DNA from: Eledone cirrhosa
Taxonomy: Eukaryota
Direction of reading: 5' to 3'
Assembly: GCA_964016885.1 (NCBI GenBank)
Contig: OZ024740.1
Span: 148,924,001 to 148,988,000 of the forward strand
Length of the DNA: 64,000 bases
This document shows positions 27,711 through 40,079 of this stretch, piece after piece. The translations under genes were made by a program, and so were the position numbers. The notes under the pieces are model-generated. The model had not been told where the DNA came from. It ran no database searches and worked only from the letters and a program-made list of their open reading frames with translations. Position 1 is the first letter of the stretch. Every line of letters starts with the position of its first letter.

Positions 27711-27713
<3 letters not shown>
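27250..27713 (-). mobile_element. 317-nt partial tandem (retrozyme/pLTR-like) in (TA)n
   Basis: 27250-27396 is repeated at 27567-27713 (duplicated ORFs at 27270/27587). Contains the variant hammerhead. Confidence 0.8.
27352..27447 (-). ncRNA. Hammerhead ribozyme with U3-A8 variant core and long stem I
   Basis: ggcc-TTGATAA-gctt(caaccat)aagc-GAAA-caag t cttg-TC^-ggct. Stem I is extended by a 17-bp perfect helix tgatctcagcaaacagg/cctgtttgctgagatca. Confidence 0.75.
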
Positions 27714-27777
<64 letters not shown>

Positions 27778-27980
27778 TTATTTATTTATATATATATAAA
27801 ATATATATATATATAATATATATATATATATGTAGAAGTTATATTTAATTTGTTGGGATACAACAAGCAAAATATTTTTATGACTGATATAAAGCACTCA
27901 ACAAATTATTGGAGTAAATATATTGGTTGCATTTTTTCAGGGCATGTCAATATTTATTTATAAAACTAACCTATATTATA

Positions 27981-28042
27981 TTTTATCTGATGAAAGCGCA
28001 CCATAGTTTGCCTTGGTGGCTCTTGAAATATATATAATGAAA
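27981..28042 (+). ncRNA. Hammerhead ribozyme (Naiad pLTR family)
   Basis: ttttat-CTGATGA-aagcgcacca...tggtggctctt-GAAA-TATATA-TA^-atgaaa. Homologous to 6855-6915. Confidence 0.75.
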
Positions 28043-28082
28043 TAAATATGGTTTTATAAATATAGTTTCCATTTATTAATAT

Positions 28083-28120
<38 letters not shown>

Positions 28121-28208
28121 AATATATATATATAGATATATATATATATGTATATAAATATATATATATATGTATATAAATATATATCTGTATATAAATA
28201 TATATCTG

Positions 28209-28298
<90 letters not shown>

Positions 28299-28354
28299 TA
28301 CATATATAAATATAGATATATATAGATATATATAGATATATGTATATAAATATA

Positions 28355-28448
<94 letters not shown>

Positions 28449-28590
28449 CATATATATATATGTAGGAGGTGAGTTTTATTGTAGTACAATAAAGCAATGC
28501 AGATATCGGATAAGTAGCACTCTACAGTTTGTAGGACTGGAGTATAAATAATAATATATAAGATCAAAAGATGGTTAAAAGAGTTCCATG

Positions 28591-28661
28591 TATTTTATTA
28601 TGCGTATTTCAAAAACAAATATCATCATGCAATAACATTTGCGTTTTCGTCAGATAAAATA
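28591..28661 (-). ncRNA. Hammerhead ribozyme
   Basis: tattttat-CTGACGA-aaac...gtttt-GAAA-TACGCA-TA^-ataaaata. The inverted arm at about 28720 shows the palindromic TGCGCA version. Confidence 0.7.
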
Positions 28662-28765
28662 GGGAGACATTATATGAAGGTTAAAACACACTTGTGAATA
28701 GTGCAGTTTTAAATCAACATGCGCATAATAAAATACATGGAACTCTTTTAACCATCTTTCGATCT

Positions 28766-28811
<46 letters not shown>

Positions 28812-29644
28812 ATGAGGGGTTTTTTTTAAATGAAAAGAAAAAAAAACGAGATGTCCTACTTGAGTGAAATGAAAGTATAAGGTAAAAAAATTAAATCGAA
28901 AATGCAACTGGAGTCAAATGTAGAAATGAGATGGAGGGTTTGTGGTTTTTCTTGCATCTGGTTGGTGTCCGAATGTTACTTCTGTTTTATGTGGAAAAAA
29001 GTGGCTTGAAATGCTAGGATTTTTAGAAAAGGAATTTGTCTGCTTAATGACTATCACGTGAATAAGTATAAATTTCGCGCCAGTTCGGGGCTCAAATTGT
29101 TTTTTCATATATAAGTGAAATTTGGTTAGTTGATGCAGTCACGTCAATAAGCACATCAACTTTCGCGTGTGAGTGTCCTTTATGTCATTTTCACTTAAAA
29201 AAGTGGCTCAAAAATGTTGTTTTTTTTATAAATGTAATTTGATTGGTTATGACTGTCACGTGGATAAGGACATTACATTTCACACCAGTTCATATTTGGG
29301 GGTCCTTTGTAGCCGTTTTCAAAGTCACATGAATTGTCATAGAGAGTTTTGTGCCAAACAAAAGATAACGGTCAAGAAAAAGGGATTGTGAGAATCGTTC
29401 TGGTTCAATGAGTATGGCTGATGTGCTGAGGTGTCAAAATTTAGACTTTCTATTGAAATAAATAGAATGTTAGTATCGATAGTGGCGGCGGCAGCGTAGA
29501 AAATAGATATATATTTTTATTTGTGCGCGCGCGCGTGCGTGTGTTTGGATGGTTAGAATGTTATGCTGTTAACATAATGTATATTAAACTATATTTAATG
29601 CTGGTCTATATTTTTGAATAAACATTTTCCTTATTTATTCGTAT

Positions 29645-30912
29645 TTGGACTGTTGTATTGTCAGCGCTAGTGTATAACTGGTTAAGGAATGCTCAAACAC
29701 GTGAACCTGCTCCGTTGATCAAAGGACTGGTTACGTTATCAACTGAAGCAACGTCAGTTCAACACGCACACACACACACACACCCTCTCTCTCTCGACCT
29801 TACACCATGTGTGAGATAGATACTGGCCTTTCATCCACCAAAGCAGAGAAAGGCAGCAGAAATTGATGGCAATTATCCTGAATTCCTTAAGAACCTCGGC
29901 CCAAATGCTTCTCTCTTCACAGTTATCCACTCAACTGGAGTTATTTCGAATATCTGGAGTGAGGTCAATGTCATCGCCATCCAGAAACCCGGGAAACCTG
30001 CAGACGATCCTGAAATATGCCGACCAATCTCTCTCCTCTGTCCCTCTTACAAGCTATTTAAACGGCTCTTTTTTGGTTAGGCATAGCATTTTAGTAGGTC
30101 CAAATCTATCTAAGTAGCAAGCAGGCTTCAGACCACAAAGGAGTTGCACTGATCAAGTCCTCGCTCTTACCACCTTCCTCGAGCATGGCTACCGACGGGG
30201 TTTCAAGGCAGGGGTTGCTTAGGTCGACTTCTGCATACGATACTGTATACAAATGCTGCCGCCTTCTGAAGGCCTGTGGGTACATCCTTGCGTCCATACT
30301 CAGTAATAGAATATTCAGAGTGTCACTAGGAGGTCAAACATGTTCAACCAGAACACTGAAGGATGGCCTTCTTTAAGGTTCCGTCCTAACACCAAGGCTC
30401 TTTAACATCTACATGAGTGATATGCCCTGGACAACTTCTAGGAAATTTACATACGCAGGTGACCTTGCTTTGGCTACCCAATCTATTGCGTTTGAAACTC
30501 AACTTTACACTCACAGAAGACCTGAAGAAGATGGTGGACTACTACTCCTACTGGCGCCTTTAGACAACTCGGCAATTTAAATTGTATCTGGCACACTGAA
30601 ATGTACACCACAGTAGCTGCCTACCATTTCTCATGTAGTTCCTTGTCACATGCGGCTTCAGTAGATGATCGGCAAGGCAGCATATCTTACTAAGTCAAAG
30701 CCCGTACTTTCCATCCATGTAAACCTTCCCAACATGCATTTGAAATCACGCAAACCATTCTGGGAATCAATGAAAGCCCTTCAAGAGGATAGCTTTGATC
30801 TAATGGAAGAGTGGTGAAGATTATGAAATGTGTCCAAATTTGCCAACCAAGAACTTGTCCAGTACCCCACATATACACCAGCCGGCCTTGACCTTCCTAG
30901 AAAGCAATGGGT
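29645..30912 (+). mobile_element. Second, near-identical copy of the Vingi/Ingi-like fragment
   Basis: Reverse complement of 23822-25095 with the same disablements (mirror ORFs 29863-30117 vs 24617-24871). Confidence 0.85.
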
Positions 30913-31361
30913 TTCACAGTCACATGATTTGTCAGAGTTTTGTGGCAAACAAAAGATAAGGGTCAAGAAAAAAGGGATGGGGAGAATCGTTCTGCTTCAC
31001 TGAGTATGGCTGATGTGCTGAAGTGTCAAAATTCAAACTTTCTATTGAAATAAATTGAATATTTGTATCGATAGTGGTGGTGGTGGCGACAGGGTAGAAG
31101 ATAGAGAGATATATTTTTATTTGTCTGCGGAGGTGTGTGTGTGTGTAGGAACATGATTCCATTAGTAGAAATGGAGAAAACAGTTGTGTGTGTGTGTATA
31201 TATATATACACACACACATACATGTTTGTATATATGTGTGTGTGTGCATATATAAATATATACACACACACATGTATATATATAAGTAACCAGGAGAGAG
31301 AGACAAGCCAAAAACAGCTACTGAACATAAGTCGGATTTTAGTCCCCACGTTTATTATTAT

Positions 31362-31512
<151 letters not shown>

Positions 31513-31844
31513 TCTATGGACATATTTTATTGTATATATATATATATATACAATAAAATATGTCCATAGAATCATTTGATAAGATATATACACCATCTTC
31601 TCTCCCAATCACCATAATCAACTACACCAAAAACCAATTAAACCAGGCTATAAGATTAAAAGGCACCCATGAAGAAATAATAGATAAATAAACGACAGCC
31701 ATCTATTCGCGATCAACAGTTATAGAATATTTACCCAGCATTTCAATAGCACATGGAAATCGATTAAATATATCGTCAACCATGCACAATTAGGTATAAA
31801 ATCAAAGTTAGAAGAAAAAATGTATATAAACATACCAAGATTAC

Positions 31845-31927
31845 GTTTCTACCCCATGAGAATTTCCTTCGCTTTTGGAAATATCCGATCAAGGATAAAT
31901 TCACGAGCTTCGAAATCATCAGGAAAC
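31845..31927 (-). ncRNA. Hammerhead ribozyme (family of 948-1025)
   Basis: gtttc-CTGATGA-tttcg...cgaag-GAAA-ttctCATGggg-TA^-gaaac. Confidence 0.65.
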
Positions 31928-32339
31928 AAACTCACTTGGACGAAGATTTTTTTTAAATGATCCCCGCCAGAAACGAATTCAAAATGGCTAAGAACTGTGA
32001 CGTGGCAGTGGTCAAGTCAGAAAGAATGTGATTGGTGCCTTACGGCTAATAGGCTGGTTGCTAGAAAGCGCAGCCTAATATTGCCTAAATTACATCTCAA
32101 CCATATGGGAGATTATCAAATATAAAGATTTACATATACACAAACTAAACTAAGTCATACATATATATATATATATGTTTTTGGCAACCATTCACGATGT
32201 GGCTCAATGACCAATTAATTAATTAAATAATCAACAATCAGAGCAATATACAATAAAATATGTCCATAGAATCATTTGATAAAATATATACACCATATAT
32301 ACACCATCTCCTCTCCCAATAATATATATATATTTTTTT

Positions 32340-32600
32340 TCTACTTCATTTTCTACTAGCATTTTAAGGGGCCCGTCGAGCTGTGGATTATAGAGTCGGG
32401 TAAGATCGATAAAGATCGAACGCTGATCAGTGGCGAAACGCGCGTCACCTACCAATAAACGTAATGAAGGAGTAACCAATCGTCCTTGTTATCTTTTCAA
32501 TATAATACACTCTGTATAGCTCTACACCTCGACACAGGAGTCAACCTAAACATCGAGTGCTCATCCCGGTGAACCTACAGTAACTCCAAGTTACACTCCC
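32340..32600. repeat. Dispersed (TA)n-associated repeat (inverted copy at 56168-56430)
   Basis: The two segments are reverse complements with about 90% identity by eye. Confidence 0.75.
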
Positions 32601-32625
32601 TACTATATATATATATATATATAAA

Positions 32626-33650
32626 ATTAGTATATCTACCAACATATATATACAGATGTATACCTACGCAAGCAAATATATAGGTTTTGTCTTAGTAACT
32701 TTGTGGTTCAATGCAAGGGGATGCAGAACAATTATATGAAAGACGTAAAATAAGAAAATTATAGTATTTACTTACTTACTTAAATTTCACTCCAACTAAT
32801 TAGTTTCTGAAAGGGAATATACATAGTCTCCAAATGGAGATCATAGAGAAACCTTTTCTTCATCAGAGAGTCATTCTCAGCTAAAATACCTGGCGATGCG
32901 TGGACACAGGGAACTTATACAAAAATAATTCAGTGGATGGAAAAGAGCAAGCGGGGACTAAATTCCAAGACACTGAAAAAATCACTGCCTTCTTGGTCGG
33001 TGGAAAATTCAAAAGAATCAATCACGTGACATCGAGGTTAATTAGTGAGGAGTGGGTGTTAAAAAGACAGTAGCCAGGCTGATACTATGAACCAAAGTAG
33101 TAATTTAGGCAAATTTTTGTAAAACAAAATAATTTGGAGATAATTATAAAGAATTAGTATATCTACCAACATTTATATACAGATGTATACCTACGCAAGC
33201 AAATATATAGTTTTTGCCTTAGTAACTTTGTTGTTCAATGCAAGGGGATGCAGAACAATTATATGAAAGACATAAAATAAGAAAATTATAGTAATTAACT
33301 TACTTACTTAAATTTCACTCCAACTAATTAGTTTCTGAAAGGGAATATACATAGTCTCCAAATGGAGATCATGGAGAAACCTTTTCTTCACCAGTGAGTC
33401 ATTCTCAGCTAAGATACCTGGCGATGCCTGGACACAGGGAACTTATACAAAATCCACTCAATTATTTTTGTATAAGTTCCCTGTGTCCACGCATCGCCAG
33501 GTATCTTAGCTGAGAATGACTCCCTGATGAAGAAAAGGTTTCTCCATGATCTCCATTTAGGACTCTGTATATTCCCTTTCAGAAACTAATTAGTTGGAGA
33601 GAAATTTAAGTAAGTTAATTACTATAATTTTCTTATTTTACATCTTTCAT
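32626..33650 (-). mobile_element. 527-nt partial tandem plus inverted arm, three hammerheads, in (TA)n
   Basis: 32626-32930 is repeated at 33153-33455. 33460-33650 is the reverse complement. Confidence 0.8.
33519..33600 (+). ncRNA. Hammerhead ribozyme (other copies 32789-32871 -, and 33317-33399 - with mutated core)
   Basis: actcc-CTGATGA-agaaaagg...ccctttca-GAAA-CTAATTAG-TT^-ggag. Confidence 0.75.
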
Positions 33651-33859
33651 ATATATATATATATATTTATTAAAATAACAGATTAAAGTTTAAGCAAAGA
33701 ATCGCTGCTTTCACCCTTAACGGGATCTTCTGAAACTCTATAAATATTTGCTCTACGGTTCTTATATATTTGATATATATTTATCCTTGTCGAGCCCTAT
33801 TTGGATTTTAGCCTTCAAATTTATTATTATTACTATATCTATCTATCTATCTATCTATC

Positions 33860-33920
<61 letters not shown>

Positions 33921-34426
33921 GAATGGGTTATATCGAACCTTACTAATAATGTTCGATTCGTTTGTAAACAAACGGCCCGATTTGAAGCTGTGCCGTGCCG
34001 GTGACCGATCGTCACCTGTTTGTTCAACACTGGCTTTGAGGAACAATCAACATGTTTCTGGGTCATTACCCTTCACCAGGACTGTATACCTCAGCCACTC
34101 TGTTGAACAGTTGAAAGTATATAATATTTTCTTAAGTACACATCGGCTGAGTAGCTTCATTTGCATACCGAGCGAGTTATTGTTGCCCTTACTGAATATT
34201 AAAAAACAGGCCGTTTGTTTACAAACGAATCGACCATTATTATTAATGTTCAAATCCTGCCGAGGTTAACTTTGCCTTTCATCCTTACGGGATCGATAAA
34301 ATAAAGTACCAGTAATGCACTGGGTAATCGCTGGCCTTGTGCCAAAAGTAGAAACAATTATTAATGTTCGATATAACCCATACGTACATATGTATATGCC
34401 TGTGCATATATATGTGTGTATATATG

Positions 34427-34457
<31 letters not shown>

Positions 34458-34534
34458 TCGTATGTATATATATGTATGTATATGTGTATGTATATATGTA
34501 TATATATGTGTATATATATATATGTATATATATG

Positions 34535-34568
34535 CTGATGAACCAGCAGGAAACAGACTGTCAGATTC
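34535..34568 (+). ncRNA. Truncated minimal hammerhead core
   Basis: CTGATGA-accagcag-GAAA-cagactg-TC. The 5' strand of stem I is replaced by (TA)n. Confidence 0.5.
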
Positions 34569-34650
34569 TCTCCCTTCTTTCGCCGAAAATAAGTAAAATA
34601 AAATAAAATGAAATGTTCATGACTACTTTATATATATATATATATATATG

Positions 34651-34699
<49 letters not shown>

Positions 34700-34700
34700 A

Positions 34701-34761
<61 letters not shown>

Positions 34762-34768
34762 ATGTACG

Positions 34769-34824
<56 letters not shown>

Positions 34825-34977
34825 TATATATATTTATATAATATAACTATATAAAAGTGCATGAATAACCTGTGTATTACTTTGAATATAAAGTTTAATA
34901 TCAGTATGGTTTCCTTTTTAATCATATTTCTCCACAGCCATCAGGGAAGATTTGTATAGCCAACGCTGCACTATATA

Positions 34978-36078
34978 TATACCAGATAGAAAAATGCGTA
35001 CAGCAAAAAAAAGTAATATTGTTGGAATATAAACCTTTAAAAATACAGGACAAGAAACTAAAATTAAACTTTAAAAGAATAGGACAAGGAACTAAGATAA
35101 AACTTTAAAAGAATAGGACAAGAAACTAAGATAAAACTTTAAAGAATTGGACAAGAAATAACAAATTTTACAATAATATTAGTGGCAAAATTTTTATTGG
35201 TAAAAAATCGAGTTCCACATTCATAGGCTCTGGGTTCCACATTCAGAGGTCGTCGTCAGACCGGGGGGATCATTTGATCCTGGTTTGAACACCAATTGGG
35301 CCATAACCATACCCCTATTTCATCATTCGGCGACACGCCTCATGTGTCATGCATAATGTGAATGGACCCATGGGCCCATGAGCACAGATCTTGAGCAGCA
35401 GCGGACGGTCTTGTCGTCCCGCTCATCCTTGATCTTGACCAACCCGTCCATCTTCTCCTTGCATCTTGTCCTTAAGTTCAAGTCCGGCAGTCCAGATGAA
35501 TGCGTGCCACAGCTTTCTGGTACAGGAAGGGGGAGCAGGAGGACTGGAGGGATGACAGGACAGAGAGAGGGAGGACCTGTGGTTGAGGGAGGTGCCGTAG
35601 TCGGTGGTCAGAGTCGACATCTTGTCCCGGTCGTCTTCTCCATCTTCGTCTGGTGTTGCGGGACCAGAAGTGCATTCTTGGAGGAGACCTGCAGCTGCAT
35701 CGGCCAATTCTTCTTGCAATGGTCATTCTGACGGAGCAGAACTGCTCAGCCAACCAACCCCAACCAGAACCAACCGCTCAGGGGCAACGCACAATGAGAG
35801 CATGACAATTATTATGCACTAATCAAGAAGATACTGGGGCATAGCACAGGAAACGAATAAAAAAAATGTTGCCACTAATATTATTGTAAAATTTTTTATT
35901 TCTTGTCCAATTCTTTAAAGTTTTATCTTAGTTTCTTGTCCTATTCTTTTAAAGTTTTATCTTAGTTCCTTGTCCTATTCTTTTAAAGTTTTATTTTAGT
36001 TTCTTGTCCTGTATTTTTAAAAGTTTATATTCCAACAATATTACTTTTTTTGCGGTACGCATTTTTCTATCTGGTCTA
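34978..36078. mobile_element. Non-autonomous DNA transposon with ~210-bp TIRs containing tandem sub-repeats
   Basis: 34981-35188 is the reverse complement of 35869-36075. About four ~33-bp aaactttaaaagaataggacaagaaactaagata units per TIR. GC-rich interior. Confidence 0.85.
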
Positions 36079-39000
36079 CTATTTTTTAAGGCAATGCAAG
36101 CAACAACTATCTAATAATTAAATGATCATAGTGAATTACTGACAAATGATTGACATTTTAAAGTTCTTTTGAGTATAATTGCAATCTAGTTGAGGCAACT
36201 GGCTTAATGACAAAGCTAGTAAATTTGAGATGATTAGTGCATAATAGCGTCATTTCTGGATTACCTCCCCTAGCGTCACGCTTACTACTCACTCACTTGA
36301 ACACAAGATTTATCAGCAAACTTTGATTATAAACCTTTTCCCGCTGGACCAAATTTCTAGATTTTTAAGCCAAAAGATACGTAATGATCTACTGTTCATG
36401 CTCATATAAGTTTTATCTCAGTTAAATAAAGTAGAGCCGCGCTGTACTGTCGTAAACAGACGATTGCCAACGAAAACACGACCACAACAATATTACTAAA
36501 CGGACTACCGTCCGTTTAGGATACAGTGCAGCGTGGGCTATAAAAATACATAGGCTATTCATGTACTTTTATATAGTTATATTATGTTTCCTCCCGTTTG
36601 CAAGCACGCCGTGGTTATGTGTTAGTAATATATTTCTCTCCACGTATTTAGAGACGTACACATACAAACACATATATAAACAAACATAAAGAAGCTTACT
36701 TAATTAAATGTAGGTTAAGTTAATTTCGCATACCGTTTTATAGCCTTTATTCTGTGATATATTCGTGGTAAAAATCAAATCTCACTAAAGAAGTCTCGTT
36801 GTTTTCATTTGGCGTAAAATAATATAGACATTGTCTATTTAAGGAAGCCGTCGCTAGAAAATTATAGAATTCAGTCCTTACTATGAAAAAATTACTTCGA
36901 TTATTATGAAAATGTTTTTAAGATCTCTTTTGCCCTCCTTAGATACCCTGAAGTAGTTGTGAAGTGAAACCTTCGTCAATAATAACAAACTTTTACTTGT
37001 GATTCTCAGTAAACAGAAACAGTACAAGAACTTTTCGTTGTCAAGGTTTGTTGACTTTAGACAATCAACCGGATGAAGGATAGTAGATTGAGAGCTTTGC
37101 CATGTAAATGTGATGTGCCTGTCACAGCTCAGCTTTAGTTAACTATAAAAACATGCCTTTCCTCTTCACTATAACACTAGCAGAGATGATATTTTCATTA
37201 ATGATCAAACAAATAGGCATTCACACACAATGTCTATAAAATCTTTGCTAATTGCTTCTTTAATCTAAACTTTTTTCTTTAATATTGCCTTCACACAAAA
37301 GCTAACGAATTATTTACTATTTCCGGAGAGATAATTATCGAGAAAATAAACAGCTGAAAGTGTGTGCTATGAATGTGTATGATAATCTTTAAGATTTGTT
37401 TTCTAGAGAAAATAGCTGAATTCCTTTCAGTCATGTTTGGTGCTATACGTACAGTAGAAAATATAGTCAGGCTATTGCATAACATATTTTGAAATGTTAC
37501 ATCCTGCATTTCAACTGCGCATAATTGTGTAAATTGAATGTATAAAGACATTCCTCAGAAAACACCTAATACTTTGTTTGAGTTCAGAGAGGTTAATATT
37601 GCCTGTCACACGGCTGCCATGTTGTAAAAAATATTTCCCCTCGTTTCATGTCAGGCCATCAAAATATAATACATATTACGTGTCGTCATTTATAATATTG
37701 GTGTCGACGTTCATTATGAAGCTGGATTTGGTGATTGTTTTGTGACAACATGATACATTTGCCAAAAACTTTCTTGAGAACAAAAAGGACCAATAATTTT
37801 GACTTTACATCTATATGTTATAAAGAATGATTTTTCCAGTTTCTGTACATTGAAGTAGTTACAGATGAAATGTCTTAAATCACTAATATTAACAATGCCG
37901 AAGTGGTATTCTGTGATTTAAAAACATCTATAACCAGCTTTATTGAGATAAATTTATATCTCCGAAAGCTATAAAAAATAATTGTTCAGTAGTGGCAAAT
38001 AATTCAGGATCACAAAGTATTGGGAATAAATATGATACAAAGTGGGGAACATATTCTTATGTTTGTGCATGTATACACCCTTTCATCTATGACTAAACAT
38101 TAGTATATGAAAGTATGTGTGTGAATGTGTGCGTGTGCGTGTGCGTGTATATTTCCTTTATTACAGTCATGTTTGTGTCTTGTTACATCGGAGTTTCTCC
38201 GATGTACTCAGAAGTCCTGTGAACAGACAGAAGACACAATGGGATCGTTTCTCCATGGGACTATATACCGGATTTTGGTGAACGAGGTGATAACGAAGAG
38301 ATATACATCCACTCACACGCTCCACCTACCCCATAGGACATGGGGAATAGCAACAAAAAAGGTATGTTATAGGCATATCCAATGGTATCAACCTCGTGGC
38401 CATAGTTGCCTTTGTTAAGCAGCTTGAGCTATGAGTGCCAAAGTAATGGAAAATAACCCCATAAACTTCCTCCTCCAAAAAGTACAATACCAATCCATCC
38501 ATTAATGTTCATGTGGACAGAATGGAGGTTGAGGAAGGCTAACAGATGTTTGTAACAGGAATAGAAAAGAAAATGGACCGGAAACAAAATAAAAGCAGCT
38601 CTGTCAGCAATATTAGAAAAATGACGCTAAACATTATAATTCAATGAAAGACACGTTTTTTAGAACTAGCAACATCGATTTGCTTAACAGTATATGAATT
38701 GGAAAAGAAATTACTCGCCATATGTGGAGGGACTCAGAAATAAAGAACTGCTACCAAGAGCTCCCGAACGGGAAACGTTAACTTCTAAAAAGAATAGAAG
38801 CATACGAAAAAATAAAGATATTTCTTTCCAGAAGACAAGGGTGCGTCTGTTTACAGAGGATTTCGATGATTTCCGGGAGGTATATAACGCCTGCTGGGCG
38901 AGCTGGAATGTGGAATGTTTTGATATGATTTAATTAGTGGATTCCCACTTGTGTGTAGTTGGATAGGTCTGAATGATTTTATGTTTTGTATCATATCTTG

Positions 39001-39236
39001 TGTTAATTATAAGCGACAACTCATGCACGCACACATGCTCACACACACGCACTGGCGGTAGCACCCTATGAACAGTTAGTTAGCGTTGATGTGACTTCTG
39101 GTAATATATGGTCGGATGGAGCTCACAAAACTCCACACCAATCCTACATATGTACCCTGCAGTGAATGATATCTGAAAGCAAAATGTTGCAATTAGAAGT
39201 TAAGGGCAGAAAAACCAGCTGCTTCCTGGGCAGTAA

Positions 39237-39424
39237 ATAATTGTTTCTACTTTTGGCACAAGGCCAGCAATCACCCAGTACATTACTGGTACTTTATTTT
39301 ATCGACCCCGTAAGGGTGAAAGGCAAAGTTAACCTCGGCGGAATTTGAACCCAGTCCGTAAAGGGACGTAACTCTGCGTTGAAAAGCATGGCGTCCGACC
39401 CTCTACCGATACTGCCAATCCACC
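39237..39424 (-). mobile_element. tRNA-derived SINE (same family)
   Basis: Full-length match to the 20585-20773 copy. Confidence 0.85.
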
Positions 39425-39754
39425 AAAATAATAATCTAATGACAGAAGTGCTGGGAAATCTAAAGAGAAACAAAAATAAAATAAAATAGAATAACAGTAA
39501 CAGTATTGTAGGACGTATCGTGATTCTCTGGATTTAGCTTTGTTTTTAGTATAAATTTAATGCCTCTATATTATTCCTTTCTGACATTTTTTTTCATATT
39601 TCACATTGGTTTCTAAATATTTGTGTTTGATCTCGTTCTCTTATTTCAGTATCTTTAGCTACCATATTAGTGTTTTTAATTAACTTTCCTCTCGACAAGT
39701 TTGGCTTTGTGTATGTATTTTTCTAATTGAAGTATCATTACTCCTTGTACTATC

Positions 39755-39850
<96 letters not shown>

Positions 39851-39902
39851 GGTGGTGGTGGTGGTGGTGGTGGTGGTGGTGGTGGTGGTGGTGGTGGTGG
39901 TG

Positions 39903-39974
<72 letters not shown>

Positions 39975-39979
39975 AATAA

Positions 39980-40017
<38 letters not shown>

Positions 40018-40040
40018 ATAGTAGTAGTGGTAGTAGTAGT
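39755..40040. repeat. Compound (GTA)n(GTG)n trinucleotide microsatellite (another at 42059-42205)
   Basis: Directly visible. Confidence 0.95.
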
Positions 40041-40079
40041 AGCCATCGCCCTTAGGCCAGACAGCAAGCACAAACTCAT

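Noticed and set aside
35040-35160. CRISPR-like short repeats
   Set aside because: These are contiguous tandem sub-repeats of a TIR with no unique spacers, no cas genes and a eukaryotic context.
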